A DNA stretch of 64,000 bases, taken from the NCBI GenBank assembly GCA_965205675.1, contig OZ242186.1:480001-544000 (forward strand), in the 5' to 3' direction. A model generated the notes under the pieces. The model worked only from the letters and a program-made list of their open reading frames with translations. It did no database searches and had not been told where the DNA came from. This document shows positions 62,911 to 64,000 of this stretch, in pieces. Position numbers and translations under genes: made by a program. Numbering within the stretch: the stretch's first letter is position 1; every line of letters starts with the position of its first letter. The stretch comes from Nitrosopumilus sp. (GTDB taxonomy: Archaea > Thermoproteota > Nitrososphaeria > Nitrososphaerales > Nitrosopumilaceae).

Positions 62911-64000
62911 ATGAAAAAACAACTCAAAGGAATTTTAGCATTTATTTTCCTAGGTGGAATCATGGTGACTTCTGGAGTTGTTATTGCATTTCCTGGTGTT
63001 GATCCTGGTCTGGATTCTGCTGAAATTACAGTTACTGGAACTCCTGCTGATAATTTTCCAGATGAACAACGTGCACAGTTTTGTGGTTCAAGTGATGCAA
63101 AATCTACAACTTTTGTACAAGAATTTTCAATTCCTACTCCTTGTACAAACCCATTAGCAATTGTAACTGATTATGATGGAAATGTGTGGTTTACTCAAAC
63201 TAATACTGGCATGATAGCAAAATTTGATCCTACTACAGAAACGTTTACTGAATATGATAATTCACTATGGCCTCCAGGTGCACGTTCGATGATGTGGGGA
63301 ATTGATTATGCTCCTGATGGCTCTATCTGGTATACTGATGAGTCCTATGATTCGGTGTGGAAGTTTTCAACTATTGATGAAAAGTATGAACGATTATCAT
63401 ATCCATCAGAAGGTGATTCCTTACCTCAAAAACTCCTTGTTGATGGTTCTCAAATTATAATAAATGATTTTACTGGAAACAAACTTACTTTCCTAGATCC
63501 AACTCAATCTGGTGAAGATGTAAATTATCTTAGTATTCCATCTCCTATTGATAATTCTGTAACAGCAGATTTTGCAGTTGATGCAAATGACAATGTTTGG
63601 TTTACTAATTGGTTATATCAACTAGGTGGGGCTTTGGTGAAGTTTAACCAAAATGGATATCTTGAATCCGTTGCAAATTCAGGTGAACAATTCCTTCCAT
63701 TAATGGACTTTATCGAAATCTATCAATTACCTGAAACCTTTCTTACTCCAAATGGCGCTGTAGTTGGAGATGATGGAATGATATGGCTAGCTGATACTTC
63801 TTCTTCGTCATTCTTTAGTTTTGATCCTGTGACTGAAACCTTTGTACAATACGTAACATCTGATCCTCTTTTGAGTACTTATGGTAATCAGACTGGAATT
63901 GTGAAAACTCCAATATCTCGACCATATTGGATTGAATCAGATGCTCAAGGTAGAATTATTTTCAATGAACAGACTGCAAATAACATCTCTGTATTAGATC
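62911..64000 (+). CDS. Secreted Vgb-lyase-like beta-propeller protein, runs off window end
   Basis: Manual translation MKKQLKGILAFIFLGG...; repeated DGNVWFT / DGSIWYT / DNVWFT blades. Confidence 0.8.
   Translation, partial: MKKQLKGILAFIFLGGIMVTSGVVIAFPGVDPGLDSAEITVTGTPADNFPDEQRAQFCGSSDAKSTTFVQEFSIPTPCTNPLAIVTDYDGNVWFTQTNTGMIAKFDPTTETFTEYDNSLWPPGARSMMWGIDYAPDGSIWYTDESYDSVWKFSTIDEKYERLSYPSEGDSLPQKLLVDGSQIIINDFTGNKLTFLDPTQSGEDVNYLSIPSPIDNSVTADFAVDANDNVWFTNWLYQLGGALVKFNQNGYLESVANSGEQFLPLMDFIEIYQLPETFLTPNGAVVGDDGMIWLADTSSSSFFSFDPVTETFVQYVTSDPLLSTYGNQTGIVKTPISRPYWIESDAQGRIIFNEQTANNISVLD

Overview
AT-rich archaeal chromosome segment. Gene content points to a Nitrosopumilus-like thaumarchaeote: nreA, nurA-herA-mre11-rad50, ABCE1, CDC48, EF-1beta, fen, pth2, cupredoxins, IPxWxKxxxxWW surface proteins and a stand-alone 5S rRNA. 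Core genes are interspersed with many intact and decayed insertion sequences (IS110/IS1111, IS630, IS5, IS481 and a MITE). Four observations stand out. (1) A tRNA-like gene at 61137-61279 has an Ala-type G3:U70 acceptor stem and a GAA anticodon, and is interrupted by a 37-bp repeat / 35-bp spacer / 37-bp repeat unit with CRISPR-like geometry; a third degenerate repeat follows. (2) A bridge/seek-RNA-like two-loop ncRNA lies downstream of an intact IS110 transposase, with a homologous copy behind a second decayed IS110. (3) A second atypical GAA tRNA-like sequence borders a small accessory island. (4) Third-codon A/T strand bias flips in blocks, suggesting local inversions. All calls were made by eye from motifs; no database searches were run.
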